A DNA stretch of 64,000 nt from Candidatus Bathyarchaeota archaeon (GCA_963846735.1 CAWJXC010000006.1:11735-75734), one strand, 5' to 3'; counted from the first letter of the stretch, positions 9,370-21,801 are shown. A program made the numbers and translations. The notes: generated by a model from the letters alone, not told the origin.

Positions 9370-11199
9370 ATGTGTGGAATTTTTGGCTGTATCTTAAAAG
9401 AAGGCAACGCAGCGCCCCTAATTCACTCCTCCCTTAAACGTCTCGAATACCGCGGCTACGACTCCGTAGGCATAGCAACCATCTCTGACGGAAAAATCTT
9501 CATCAAAAAAGACTCAGGAAAAATTGATGAGGTACACAAAATCGTCAACCTCGACGACATGCCTGGCAACCTAGGCATCGGCCATACACGGTGGGCAACA
9601 CATGGTGCACCCTTAAAAGTTAACTCTCATCCCCACACCGACTGCACAGGCGAAATCGTCGTCGTTCACAACGGAATCATAGAAAACTTTATGGAACTTA
9701 AAGATGAACTTGAAGACCTTGGCCACAAGTTTGTTTCAAAAACAGACACCGAAATAATGCCGCACTTAATGGAGGAAACCCTAAAACAAAACCCCAACCT
9801 CACACTCCAACAAGCCGTTTTAGCCAGCCTCAAACGGATAGAAGGCTCCTACGCGTTCGCCATAATCTCCACACGTGAACCCGACAAAATAATCTGTGCC
9901 CGAAACGAAAGTCCGCTTGTTTTGGGAATCAACGGCAAAGGCATATTTTGTGCCTCTGATATTCCAGCGTTTTTGGAAGTTACCAACAAAGCCGTCATGA
10001 TAAACAACGGTGAACTCGTCATTCTCACCGCTGGCGGTTATGAAATCCGAAGAATCTCCGATAACAGTCCAGTTGCACGCGACCCCATAACGGTGGAGTG
10101 GACCGCTGAGATGGCGGTAAAGCAAGGGTATCCGCACTTTATGATTAAAGAAATCCACGAACAACCTGAAACCCTCCGTAACACCCTGCGTATTCAGGAC
10201 CACTACTTGGATTTGTTGGCTACTTTCCTTGACCGCGCCAACGAAGTGTTCTTGGTTGCCTGCGGAACAAGCTACCACGCATGTTTAGCAGCTTCATACA
10301 TGTTCTCTAAACTGGCGTTCTTACCCACCTATCCAGTTTACGCCTCCGAGTTTTTGGAGCAATACGGCAAATCCGTCAACATAGACAGCACACTCTTAGC
10401 GGTGAGTCAATCAGGCGAAACCGCAGATACAATTGCCGCTGTGACTTGTGCACAGCAACGAGCAGCAACCGTGCTAAGCTTAACTAACGTAATCGGCTCA
10501 ACGATGACGCGTATTTCCCGAGTATACATAGGCACGCAAGCAGGTCCAGAAATCGGCGTCGCCGCAACCAAAACCTTCACCTCCCAACTTTCTGTCTTAG
10601 CCCAACTCGCGTTGAAGTTGTCAAAGAAGCGGGGCAAAATTTCCCAAGACGAAATCGATACCCTAGAAGAGAACCTCAAAAAGATGCCAGAAGACGTCGA
10701 CACGATTGTCCGGACACAGGAAGAAAAAATTAAACAAATCGCCAAGAAATACGCGTCTTCTAAAGTGTTCTTCTTCCTTGGCAGAGGCATAAGCACCGCC
10801 ACAGCTTTCGAGGGCAGACTCAAACTCATGGAAATCGCCTACATACCATCCATCGCGTTTCCCGCAGGTGAAAGCAAACATGGACCCATCAGCCTAATTG
10901 AAGACGGCTTCCCCGTGGTATTCATATGTCCAAGAGATGACACCCATAGAACCGTTATCGGCAACATCATGGAGATGAAAGCCCGCGGCGCCCACATAAT
11001 CTCCGTTATCGAGGAAGGCGACGAAGAAATCAAGTCTTTATCTGAAGAATACATCGAGGTTCCCAAGGGCATTCCGAGTGTGCTCTCGCCGATTCCGTTT
11101 GCGGTGCCGCTGCAGTTGTTAGCGTATTATGTGTCTTTGGAGAGGGGCGTTAACCCTGACATGCCCCGGAACTTGGCGAAGTCGGTTACCGTAAAGTAA
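9370..11199 (+). CDS. glmS: Glutamine--fructose-6-phosphate aminotransferase
   Basis: MCGIFG N-terminal nucleophile, RLEYRGYDS, GHTRWATHG, SQSGETADT, C-terminal PRNLAKSVTVK. Confidence 0.98.
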   Translation: MCGIFGCILKEGNAAPLIHSSLKRLEYRGYDSVGIATISDGKIFIKKDSGKIDEVHKIVNLDDMPGNLGIGHTRWATHGAPLKVNSHPHTDCTGEIVVVHNGIIENFMELKDELEDLGHKFVSKTDTEIMPHLMEETLKQNPNLTLQQAVLASLKRIEGSYAFAIISTREPDKIICARNESPLVLGINGKGIFCASDIPAFLEVTNKAVMINNGELVILTAGGYEIRRISDNSPVARDPITVEWTAEMAVKQGYPHFMIKEIHEQPETLRNTLRIQDHYLDLLATFLDRANEVFLVACGTSYHACLAASYMFSKLAFLPTYPVYASEFLEQYGKSVNIDSTLLAVSQSGETADTIAAVTCAQQRAATVLSLTNVIGSTMTRISRVYIGTQAGPEIGVAATKTFTSQLSVLAQLALKLSKKRGKISQDEIDTLEENLKKMPEDVDTIVRTQEEKIKQIAKKYASSKVFFFLGRGISTATAFEGRLKLMEIAYIPSIAFPAGESKHGPISLIEDGFPVVFICPRDDTHRTVIGNIMEMKARGAHIISVIEEGDEEIKSLSEEYIEVPKGIPSVLSPIPFAVPLQLLAYYVSLERGVNPDMPRNLAKSVTVK

Positions 11200-11296
11200 C
11201 CCTCATTCCTCTTTCCTATCTTTAGTTTGTTTATCAGAAATAGAAAGTTGGCTCGGGGCAATAATTTTTTAAGCATAAGTCGCTAGTTTTGCACTT

Positions 11297-11440
11297 ATGA
11301 GCGATATCCTAACCCAAGATGCAATCCTGGGCGTATCCCTTCTCAAAGCCTGTGCAACATGTGGGCACCCAAGAGGAACCCACCCGCAAGACCAACAATG
11401 CACCATTAAAGGCTGCGTCTGCCAAAAGTTCACCCAATAG
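11297..11440 (+). CDS. 47-aa Cys/His-rich micro-protein
   Basis: Translated by eye: MSDILTQDAILGVSLLKACATCGHPRGTHPQDQQCTIKGCVCQKFTQ. TATA-like TTTTTAAG about 25 nt upstream. Confidence 0.7.
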   Translation: MSDILTQDAILGVSLLKACATCGHPRGTHPQDQQCTIKGCVCQKFTQ

Positions 11441-11446
11441 GATTGT

Positions 11447-12475
11447 TTAGCCGAACCATTTTTCCAGCGAAACCTTCCCCTTCTGCTTCTTGCTACCCGC
11501 GGTCATCCGCTCTAAAGATTTTTTGATGCGTTCCTCACCAAACTCTTTTTCCCTGCACATAAAATCAATTAAGCCAGCTTCATCGGGTTCTCTCCACTCT
11601 ATTTTGTAGTTGTCGGTGACTTCTGGGTGAAGAAAGATTTCCTGTATTTCCGTTATTTTATCGGTGAAAGTTACGTTTTCTATATGCGGTAAAGCGTTCT
11701 TTAAAGTGCCGTATTGCTTTATGAGTTTTAAGGCGGTTTTTGGTCCTATCCCCTTTACACCTTCGGGGTTAAAATCTGTGCCAATCAAAATGCCAACATC
11801 AATTAACTGCTCATGTGTTAATCCACATTCACTGAGTGTTTTGGGTAACTCAACGACTTCAGGCACCACTTCAACGAAGACTTTTCCTCTTTTTCTTCTT
11901 CCAGAAATGGTGACGTTTCTAAGCAGTTTGCATGCTCCAAAAAGAAGACTATCATAGTCTTGGCTTGCGCAGTAGTCAGCGTCGCCTTTTTTGTTCATGT
12001 ATGCCGCTTGAGCTTCGCCTTCACTGGGCGCTTTAATCCACGGCACCCCCATAAGACCTAAAAGTTTTCTGCTATCGTCCTGCATGTAATCCTTCATGCT
12101 TGTTGCCACTTGAGCAAACATCCGCATCTTTTCAGTGTCGCCACTCGCAGCCGCTTTCTCATAGTTGGCTGTTGCCTCGACCTTTATGTTCCGACGCCTT
12201 GCAATTTCAGCGGCTTTCAACGCTGGTGGTTTGCCATCGAAAACGTAGATGGGTTTTATCCCCATTTCAACTAGGTTGCTTGTGCGGTAAAAGAGCCCGC
12301 TGAGGTGGCTGGTGATTTTTCCCGAACTGTCTTTGAGTGGTGTGCCGTCAGGTTGGCGGATGATGGAGAGGAACTGGTAGATGGCGTTGTATGCATCAAT
12401 GGCGATTACTTTGCCGCCAAGGTCTTCTAGTTTGACTGGGGTTTTTGGTATGAGGTCTTTGAAGTTTACGCCCAA
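11447..12475 (-). CDS. fen: Flap endonuclease 1
   Basis: MGV..IAIDAYNAIYQFLSIIRQPDG, APSEGEAQ, SQDYDSLLFG, GTDFN..GIGPKTA, C-terminal PIP-like SLEKWFG. Confidence 0.98.
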   Translation of the reverse strand: MGVNFKDLIPKTPVKLEDLGGKVIAIDAYNAIYQFLSIIRQPDGTPLKDSSGKITSHLSGLFYRTSNLVEMGIKPIYVFDGKPPALKAAEIARRRNIKVEATANYEKAAASGDTEKMRMFAQVATSMKDYMQDDSRKLLGLMGVPWIKAPSEGEAQAAYMNKKGDADYCASQDYDSLLFGACKLLRNVTISGRRKRGKVFVEVVPEVVELPKTLSECGLTHEQLIDVGILIGTDFNPEGVKGIGPKTALKLIKQYGTLKNALPHIENVTFTDKITEIQEIFLHPEVTDNYKIEWREPDEAGLIDFMCREKEFGEERIKKSLERMTAGSKKQKGKVSLEKWFG

Positions 12476-12492
12476 AACGACACCACAAATAA
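12444..12492. repeat. Direct repeat copy 1 (fen1 5' end and leader)
   Basis: 49-bp TTTGGTATGAGGTCTTTGAAGTTTACGCCCAAAACGACACCACAAATAA is identical to 13313-13361; degenerate similarity extends about 50 bp on each side. Confidence 0.95.
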
Positions 12493-12591
12493 GATAGGCA
12501 AGAATCCTTCTTAATAGTTTTGCGAAATGACTTAAATTTTAAAGCAATGGAGCTCTCGTTTAACCTGCAGTATTATGTAAAAAGAAGTGAA

Positions 12592-12984
12592 TTACCATGT
12601 CTGTACTTTCAAATCCTTGATTCGGCTGAAGTGGGCTTTGTTTCGTGTAAGAAGCGTCAAATCTTTCTCTAATGCTATCCCAGCTATCATAGCGTCCCTG
12701 AAATCTATGGGGTCACCTCTCTCAAATAGTGTGGCGGATATTTCTCCAGCTTTTCGTGCGGCTGATGAATCCAGATGAATCACTTCTAGCCTTTCAAGCA
12801 GTTTCTGTGCTTCTTTCGTGTTTTCGTTTTTTCTCTCCGATTTGTAGGCTCCAAAAAATAGTTCAAAAGCGTTGATGGCAGTGGTTGCCTCTTTAGCTTC
12901 TTCGTCTAACTCTTTGACTATGTGGTAGGCTTCTTTTTTGCCTCTTAAAATGGCTATGAGCAAATCAGTGTCTAGACACTTCAT
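12592..12984 (-). CDS. vapC: VapC PIN-domain toxin
   Basis: CLDTDLLIA, INAFELFFG, IDFRDAMIAGIAL..LLTRNKAHFSRI. Confidence 0.95.
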   Translation of the reverse strand: MKCLDTDLLIAILRGKKEAYHIVKELDEEAKEATTAINAFELFFGAYKSERKNENTKEAQKLLERLEVIHLDSSAARKAGEISATLFERGDPIDFRDAMIAGIALEKDLTLLTRNKAHFSRIKDLKVQTW

Positions 12985-13204
12985 TGGATATTCTCTCTTG
13001 GGTTAGGCACCAGCCCTCAGCAAGTTCGCTACGGATGGTTTCTTCTTCTTTGTCTGTCATTTTCCAGGTTCCAAAGCAATCTGCCAGTTTGCCTGATTTT
13101 TTTGTGATTCGCAGGATTGTTTCGGTAAAGCTTTCTTTGTTTACCTTTTCACAAAGCAAGGCTTCGTAGGCTTCTTGGGTGATTGATATGGTTTTAGTTG
13201 CCAT
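12965..13204 (-). CDS. vapB: VapB antitoxin (DUF217-type)
   Basis: ATG 13204 MATKTISITQEAYEAL...ESFTETILRI...FGTW; overlaps the vapC start. Confidence 0.9.
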   Translation of the reverse strand: MATKTISITQEAYEALLCEKVNKESFTETILRITKKSGKLADCFGTWKMTDKEEETIRSELAEGWCLTQERISNEVSRH

Positions 13205-13210
13205 ACTCAA

Positions 13211-13228
13211 TGTATGTGTACACATACA
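13211..13228. promoter_or_regulatory. vapBC autoregulatory operator
   Basis: Perfect 18-bp palindrome TGTATGTGTACACATACA, 6 bp upstream of the vapB ATG and just downstream of a minus-strand TATA-like AAAATTTATC (13231-13240). Confidence 0.75.
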
Positions 13229-13261
13229 CAGATAAATTTTGCTCAAGGCGTCTACATAAAA

Positions 13262-13414
13262 CAATGGTGCAAGGCGATGGTTTTGCCTCTGGGTCTTCGA
13301 GTTTTACCTGGGTTTGGTATGAGGTCTTTGAAGTTTACGCCCAAAACGACACCACAAATAAAATGGGCAAAGAACCATCTTAAGAGGTTTGCGAATTCAC
13401 CTAAAATTTAAAAG
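13262..13414 (-). pseudogene. Degenerate fen1 5' remnant with promoter (repeat copy 2)
   Basis: Encodes MGVNFKDLIP, then a frameshifted QVKLED..GKTIA similar to FEN1 residues 1-26; contains the 49-bp perfect repeat at 13313-13361. Confidence 0.85.
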
Positions 13415-13445
13415 TGCACCTCACACCATATTTAGTTGCGGTAAC

Positions 13446-13589
13446 ATGTTTCAGAAAGAAATCAAAGTGGGCAAGAAAGGGCAAATTGTAATTCCAAAAG
13501 CCGCACGGACAGCGCTAAAAATTGAACCAGGCTCCAAAGTACTATTCATTTTAGAAGAGAACAGGGTAATCATAAAACCGATTAGATAG
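13446..13589 (+). CDS. AbrB/MazE/SpoVT-family DNA-binding protein (47 aa)
   Basis: MFQKEIKVGKKGQIVIPKAARTALKIEPGSKVLFILEENRVIIKPIR, a typical AbrB pattern; no toxin gene follows. Confidence 0.85.
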   Translation: MFQKEIKVGKKGQIVIPKAARTALKIEPGSKVLFILEENRVIIKPIR

Positions 13590-13760
13590 TGCATGCAAGT
13601 TTCTCATTTGGTTTAGTCGCCAGCCCCATCAGATGATTTTTATGCATATTCAATTAGGCAATTTCAAAAATGCTTAAAGAATTAGACGAATTAAACAGCA
13701 AAAATTTTCAAAAGCAACCTCACCCTCCCAATCTACAAAGAACTGGATAAGTGAGAAGCC

Positions 13761-13982
13761 ATGACCAAAGGAACCCCCTGGACCGCCCAAGAAGAAACCC
13801 AACTAAAAGCCCTAGTAGACGCCCAAACACCCCTCCCAGTGATAGCAGCAAAGCTGGGCAGACAAACCGCCGCGGTGCACGTCAAGTGCCAACGCCTCGG
13901 ACTGCCCATTAACAGCAGCCAAGTCACCGAAGCCGCCCTGTCCGTTCCAGATGAGTTGCCCAGAAACAGACGTTTATGCTAA
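13761..13982 (+). pseudogene. Truncated Myb/GcrA-like HTH protein
   Basis: GTPWTAQEETQLKAL..PLPVIAAKLGRQTAAVHVKCQRLGL; runs abruptly into a nuclease fragment after PDELP. Confidence 0.6.
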
Positions 13983-14631
13983 AGCGCTTGATTTAGTAAA
14001 GAATACTAAGAAACTGGTGCTCGCTAGCTTCTCAATATCCGACTATGATCGTTTGAATACCTTTTTTGAAGTTGCCAAAGCTACCGGTAGGAAGCTAGTA
14101 ATACCAATGAAGCTTGCGTTTATGATTGACAAACTGGCATCAAGCGTTAAAACCATTAATTTGAACGACCCGATAGTTCAAATTTACTGTAGGGAAAAGA
14201 AGTCAACTTACTATTGGGAAGACCAGATTATCGCCAAATATCCAAGTGTAACTACATGCATGGACGTCCAGAAAGAACAGGCAAACATGTTAATGGTTGC
14301 ATCCTTCTACGATATGAATGAGATGTGCGAAATAAAACCCGAAACAGGTAGCGTTTTCATCGAATCCTCAAGCGAACCATTTAATGAGGAAATGGAAATC
14401 GACCACGACAAGTTGCTAAACTGGCTAGAAAACTATGGGCTTCCACTGTACAATATTCACTGCTCAGGACATGCAAATCCGCACCAACTTAAAGACGCCA
14501 TAGAAAAAATCGCTCCCAAAAAAGTATTTCTAATTCACACAGAGAGACCTGAATTATACGCCCACTACATTAACGATTTAAAAACACAAGTAATAATACC
14601 ACAGACAAACAAATCCTACTCAATTGTATAG
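13951..14631 (+). pseudogene. C-terminal part of an RNase J-like beta-CASP metallo-beta-lactamase
   Basis: HCSGHA..IEKIAPKKVFLIHTE (RMMBL motif) and SSSEPFNEE present; N-terminal HxHxDH domain absent. Confidence 0.75.
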
Positions 14632-14956
14632 CCGACCACTCTTACCGCCTTTACCCATTCTTTTCACCCTTAGCCTTATCTTACTTATCAGCAAAAACCC
14701 CCTAATATCTGACATACAAAAACCAAGTTCAGGTCAGAACCTCCTGTACTGCTTGTGATATTGTCCACAACCAACCTGCAACGCATAGCCGACGCGGACA
14801 CAAAAAAGCAATTGCCAATACAATCTGTTGGTTGTTGTTGTGGTATAGGGGGTTTTCTGTTACAACTACTATAGAAAAATCTGAGTTTAGGCTAGGTTTT
14901 GAGCATAGCAGATATAAGGAACCCTAACAATATGAACGGCAAAGAAGTGTACAGTT

Positions 14957-15136
14957 ATGTCAGAAAAGTTGTCCCTAGTCACATGCACAAGTTGCGGAAA
15001 ACCAATTCCGCCAGGCAGCGAATCCACAAAGTTCCTGTGCCCAAACTGCGGCGAAATCCAAATTAAACGCGACGGAAAATGCCGCAAATTCGGTCGACTC
15101 TACAAATGCCCCAAATGCGGTTTCACCGGACCATAA
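14957..15136 (+). CDS. Zn-ribbon protein (DUF1610/HVO_2753-like), 59 aa
   Basis: MSEKLSLVTCTSCGKPIPPGSESTKFLCPNCGEIQIKRDGKCRKFGRLYKCPKCGFTGP, in its conserved position upstream of EF-1beta; missed by the ORF track. Confidence 0.92.
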   Translation: MSEKLSLVTCTSCGKPIPPGSESTKFLCPNCGEIQIKRDGKCRKFGRLYKCPKCGFTGP

Positions 15137-15150
15137 AAAGGCGAATCAGT

Positions 15151-15429
15151 ATGGGCAGTGTACTTGTAACCTACAAGGTTTTTCCTGAAGACATCGTGCC
15201 AAGCTTCGATGACCTCAAAGCCAAAATTAAAGCCATCCTGCCCGAATTCGCTGAAATTGAAGGATACGGCGAAGAACCAGTAGCTTTTGGGCTCGTAGCA
15301 CTGCTTGTCCAAATTAAATATCCAGAAGATAAATCAGGCTTAGTTGATGAATTCGAAGAAAAACTCGCAAAAATCCCAGGTGTAAGCCAAGCCCAAACCT
15401 TCCAAGTACGCCGAACCAGCCGCGATTAA
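15151..15429 (+). CDS. ef1b: Translation elongation factor 1-beta
   Basis: MGSVLVTYKVFPED..EEPVAFGLVAL..EEKLAKIPGV. Confidence 0.93.
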   Translation: MGSVLVTYKVFPEDIVPSFDDLKAKIKAILPEFAEIEGYGEEPVAFGLVALLVQIKYPEDKSGLVDEFEEKLAKIPGVSQAQTFQVRRTSRD

Positions 15430-15571
15430 GCCGCTAAACCCCTAATTCTCCTCTCTAATATTGCGCTTGAAAGTCTCAGTTCTTACACTTTAAAGTTTAT
15501 ATAGGAATAAACGCTTTTTCAAACACACATCCCTAAAACAGTAAATCAGGATTATTTAGGAGAAATTCTAC

Positions 15572-17744
<2,173 letters not shown>

Positions 17745-17756
17745 GAAGGAACGCTT

Positions 17757-17990
17757 ATGCCGCAGATAAAAACTTGGAAAACACGCCCAGCCTACTTCTA
17801 CCTCTTGGAAGTTCTAACAAAGAAAGGCGACATGACAGACGATGACCTGTTTGACCAGCTAAAAGACGAGTATGAAGATTTAGGCTTCAAAGACTTCAAC
17901 GAACTGCTGCTTAAGCTTGAGGTTAGCGGCAAAATCCGCACTTCATCGATGTCACGGGGCAAACGCCGAATCGAACTAGTCCACCCATAA
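17757..17990 (+). CDS. Small winged-helix protein downstream of cdc48
   Basis: 77 aa, SD AGGAAGG; helix pattern LLEVLTKKGDMTDDDLFDQLK..FNELLLKLEVSGKIR plus a wing. Confidence 0.75.
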   Translation: MPQIKTWKTRPAYFYLLEVLTKKGDMTDDDLFDQLKDEYEDLGFKDFNELLLKLEVSGKIRTSSMSRGKRRIELVHP

Positions 17991-18153
17991 TCCAATCTTT
18001 TCTTTTAACTCATTCTAATTTTGTTGACCTATTGGAAATGGAATTTAGGTCTTTTTTGTTGTTTTCTCTACTTTTTTAGCACTATCTTCGATAGGATAGT
18101 TCATAAAGTGACCTCCCCCTCCCTTATATAAAGAAACAATCAGTAGCATAACT

Positions 18154-19395
18154 ATGATGGCGCAAAAAATTCAACCAGCAGATGCAATAGTCGTTGGAGG
18201 CGGACCAGTCGGCTCATACGCAGCCTTAAACTTGGCTAAACTGGGCGTTAAAGCCACAGTTTTTGAAGAGCACTCCCAGATTGGGTTGCCTTCACATTGC
18301 GCTGGGCACATCAGCATAAGAAGCCTCAGAAGCATGGGTCTTTATCCGCTTCCAGAAGGAATTGTCGAGAACACTTTTTGCGCAGCCAACTTTCACTCGC
18401 CCGCTGGCACCAAGTTTTCGCTTCATCTTTCCTGTCCAGTCACAGCGGCTTTGAATAGGGCACGGTTTGACCAATACTTGGCTAAAAAGGCTCAAGAGGC
18501 TGGGGCAAGCTTTGTTTTGAACTCTCGTGTCCAATCGCTTTTGATGGAGGATGGCTTTGTTAAAGGCGTCAACGTTAAGCAAGCAGATGGCGCTGAAGAG
18601 AAAGTTTATTCCAAAATTGTGTTGGATGCTGAAGGCGTTTCTTCAAGGCTTCTGAGGCAAGCAGGTTTAACAGCGCTTAAGCCCAGCGGCTTGGTTTATG
18701 CGGTTGAAGCAGAAGTTGACCATGTGCAGGATGTTGAGCTTGATGCGGTTGAGGTTTACTTTGGCAAAGCTTATGCGCCTGGCTTTTACGGTTGGCTCAT
18801 TCCAAGACCCGATGGCTCAGCAAAGGTGGGTTTAGCAACAAACCATGGCGACCCACGCGAGTACCTCAAGCGGCTTATGATCAAGCATCCAGTAGCTTCC
18901 AAACAGCTTGCAAAAGCCAAAATAACACAGGTCGGCTACCACGCCATCACGTTGGGCGGACCAATCAGCAGGTCTTATGCGGATGGTTTTCTTGCGGTCG
19001 GCGACTGCGCTTCCCAAGTTAAACCGACAACGGGCGGCGGAGTAATCTTCGGGTTAACATGCTGCCAAAACAGCCGCAGAAGTTGCAAGCCAAGCCCTAA
19101 AACAAGGCGATGTTTCCTCAAATTTTCTGCAAGCTTACCAGAAACGATGCAATGACCTGTTGAATTTTGATTTCCGAGTTATGCTTAGGCTCAGGCGATT
19201 TCTTAATTCTCTCTCAGACGAGAAGTTGGATGAGATGCTGCGGGTCTGCGGCAAAGTTAGGCGTAGACAAAGCCTTAAGAGATGTTGATGAAATTGATTT
19301 TCAAGGCAAAATGCTGCTTACAGCTGTGAGGAAACCAGCAATGGCTGGCGGCTTTAGCTTACTTTGGATTGCTCTACTTGTCTGCAAACCCTTAA
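18154..19395 (+). CDS. Geranylgeranyl reductase family flavoprotein (frameshifted 3' end)
   Basis: VVGGGPVGS, PSHCAGHIS, RARFDQYLA, YGWLIP, VGDCASQVKPTTGGGV; TATA TTATATAA at about 18124. Confidence 0.9.
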
Positions 19396-19432
19396 AATCT
19401 CCAATGCCAACCTAGAGGCGGGATAAAGCGAA

Positions 19433-19795
19433 ATGGGCGAATTTGAATACAAGCAAGTCCTCGTCTTCCGAACCGATTTGCAGATGAGTAAAGGCAAGAT
19501 TGCAGCGCAAGCAGGGCACGCAGCGGTTTCTGCCGCTCAAGACGCTTATGCGCATCATAAGAAGTGGTGGGACGCATGGATGTTTGAGGGGCAAAAAAAA
19601 GTCGCGGTTAAAGTTGCAGACGAAAAAGAACTCGGCGAACTCGAAGAGGCAGCGGATGATTTGGGGTTGCCTCATGCGTTGATTGTTGATAGGGGTTTAA
19701 CTGAGATTCCTGAGGGCACAGTCACCTGTTTGGGGATTGGTCCTGCACCATCAGGAATGATTGACCGTTTAACGGGTAAACTTAAGCTGTTGTAA
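19433..19795 (+). CDS. pth2: Peptidyl-tRNA hydrolase Pth2
   Basis: KQVLVFRTDLQMSKGKIAAQAGHAA..GQKKVAVK..DRGLTEI..TCLGIGP. Confidence 0.97.
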   Translation: MGEFEYKQVLVFRTDLQMSKGKIAAQAGHAAVSAAQDAYAHHKKWWDAWMFEGQKKVAVKVADEKELGELEEAADDLGLPHALIVDRGLTEIPEGTVTCLGIGPAPSGMIDRLTGKLKLL

Positions 19796-19805
19796 GGCGA
19801 TTTGT

Positions 19806-21182
19806 TTGCCGGTTCCCGAAATTGACAAGTTGCTTGGCATCGAAGTTTACGCCACCAAAAGTGAAGGCGTCGGCGGCGCTATTCGGGAGTCGGTTGACGA
19901 TTTTGTGGTTGAAGAAGTTCTTGTGGATGGCTCCAAAGCCATCTGTGAATGGAGAGGTTCCAAAGAAGGTTTTGGGTTCAACATCTCAGAAACAGCGGTT
20001 TCTGCTCTGCGTTTTGGTTAAGCGCAACTGGGACACCTTTATCGCAGTCAAAAACGTTGCAAAATCATTAGGCATTGACCAAGGCAGAGTGCAGTTTGCA
20101 GGAATAAAAGATGCCAAAGCCATCACTGCCCAACACATCACCATTGAAAACGTTTCGATGGAAGACGCTGGAAAAGTTGACGTTAAAGACGTGGAAGTTC
20201 GCCCCATCGGTTACGTGCGAGAAATGTTATCGCTGTTTTACCTCTTAGGCAACAATTTCACCATAACAATCAAATCCATAAAGGATTCAGAGGCAACCGT
20301 TGAAAGAACGCATAACCCAAACCATGCAGCAACTCGAAGCCATCGGTGGCATTCCAAACTTTTTTGGGCACCAACGCTTCGGAACCACCCGTCCCATCAC
20401 ACATTTGGTTGGAAAAGCCCTTGTTCGGGGCGATTTTGAGGAGGCAGCGATGCTTTTTCTGGCTAAACCAAGCGTTCATGAGCATCCAGCGTCAAGGCAA
20501 GCCCGCCAAGAACTTGAAACAACAAGAAACTTCAAGCAGGCGCAGGAGAATTTTCCTAAACAGCTACGTTTCGAAAGGCTAATGCTCAACCATTTAGCCG
20601 ATAATCCAGGCGATTTCGTTGGCGCTTTCCAAAGATTGCCAGTGAAGCTTCAGGCGCTTTTTGTTCAAGCCCACCAGTCCTACCTGTTTAACCGTTTTCT
20701 CAGCGAGCGGGTGAAGCATGGTTTGCCTTTGAATGAGGCTGTGGAGGGGGATTTTGTGGTTGGTGTTGAACGTTCTGGATTACCCATGACTACCATGGCT
20801 AAAATTGCAACTGTTGGAGAACTTGGCTGAAGTTAACGCTCAAGTTAAGGCTGGAAGGTTGCGTGTTGCTCTTCCGATTTTTGGGGTAAAACAGAAACTT
20901 TCCCAAGGCGTCATGGGACAGATAGAACATGAAGTTCTGGCGCAGGAAGGGATCGAAGTGGACAACTTGCGCGTTAATGTGTTATCAAGAGCTGGCGGAA
21001 AAGGCGGTTTGCGTACGGTTGTTACTCCTATCCGAGACTTTAAGCTGCAAAATGTTTCGGCGGATGCAAAGGGCGCAGGGTGTCAGGCAAAGTTGAGTTT
21101 TATGCTGCTTAGAGGTTCCTACGCAACCGTTGTTTTAAGGGAAATAATGAAGCCTTCGGACCCCATTACTGCTGGCTTCTAA
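19806..21182 (+). CDS. truD: tRNA pseudouridine(13) synthase (three indels)
   Basis: DDFVVEE, FAGIKDAKAITAQ, PNFFGHQRFG, HQSYLFNRFLS, FMLLRGSYATVVLRE. Confidence 0.95.
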
Positions 21183-21244
21183 GGTGTTAGCGGTAACGCT
21201 GATAAGGAAGAGTTTGTTCATTATTTATTAGGAAGCTACTTTTT

Positions 21245-21801
21245 ATGGAAAATGAACCGCAGCGCCAATGCGTTATTCCGCTTCATAAGCCAAGCCGAAA
21301 AGAGTATGCTTTCTTTTTCGCCTCTGGGATATTGGTGAGTATTCCTTTTGCACTTTTCTTTTCCCAGTTCTACACGATTTCCCTGCTGCCTTAGCCGTTG
21401 TTATTTTGGCTCCCTTCATCGAGGAGTTAGCGAAAGTTTTCCCCTGTTCTATCGGCATGGCGAAACCGAGCGGTCCTATGTTATATTGGGTCTTCTAATT
21501 GGTTTGGGATTTGGCATTGCAGAGTTTGTCTTGTATGTTTTCTTTTAGGTGTGCCTCCTATTGCTAGGATACCGGGCATTATTTTTCATGCTTCAAGCGC
21601 AACCATAACCGCTTATGGCATAGCTAAGAAAGAACCCGTTGCCCTACTACTTGATTGCGGTGTCGCTTCATGTAGCAAACAACTTTTTTGCTCTAGCAGG
21701 GGACATCTTTTTGGCGTATTTGCTGAACTGCTGGTTTTAATCACTGTTTACCTGTTGGCTTGGCGCTTTTATCATAAGGCTTCAAAGGACAAAATGGTGG
21801 T

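Noticed and set aside
12444-13361. Direct repeats as a CRISPR array or tRNA att site
   Set aside because: Only two copies 869 bp apart, the repeat is fen1 coding and leader sequence, and no cas gene or tRNA is visible.
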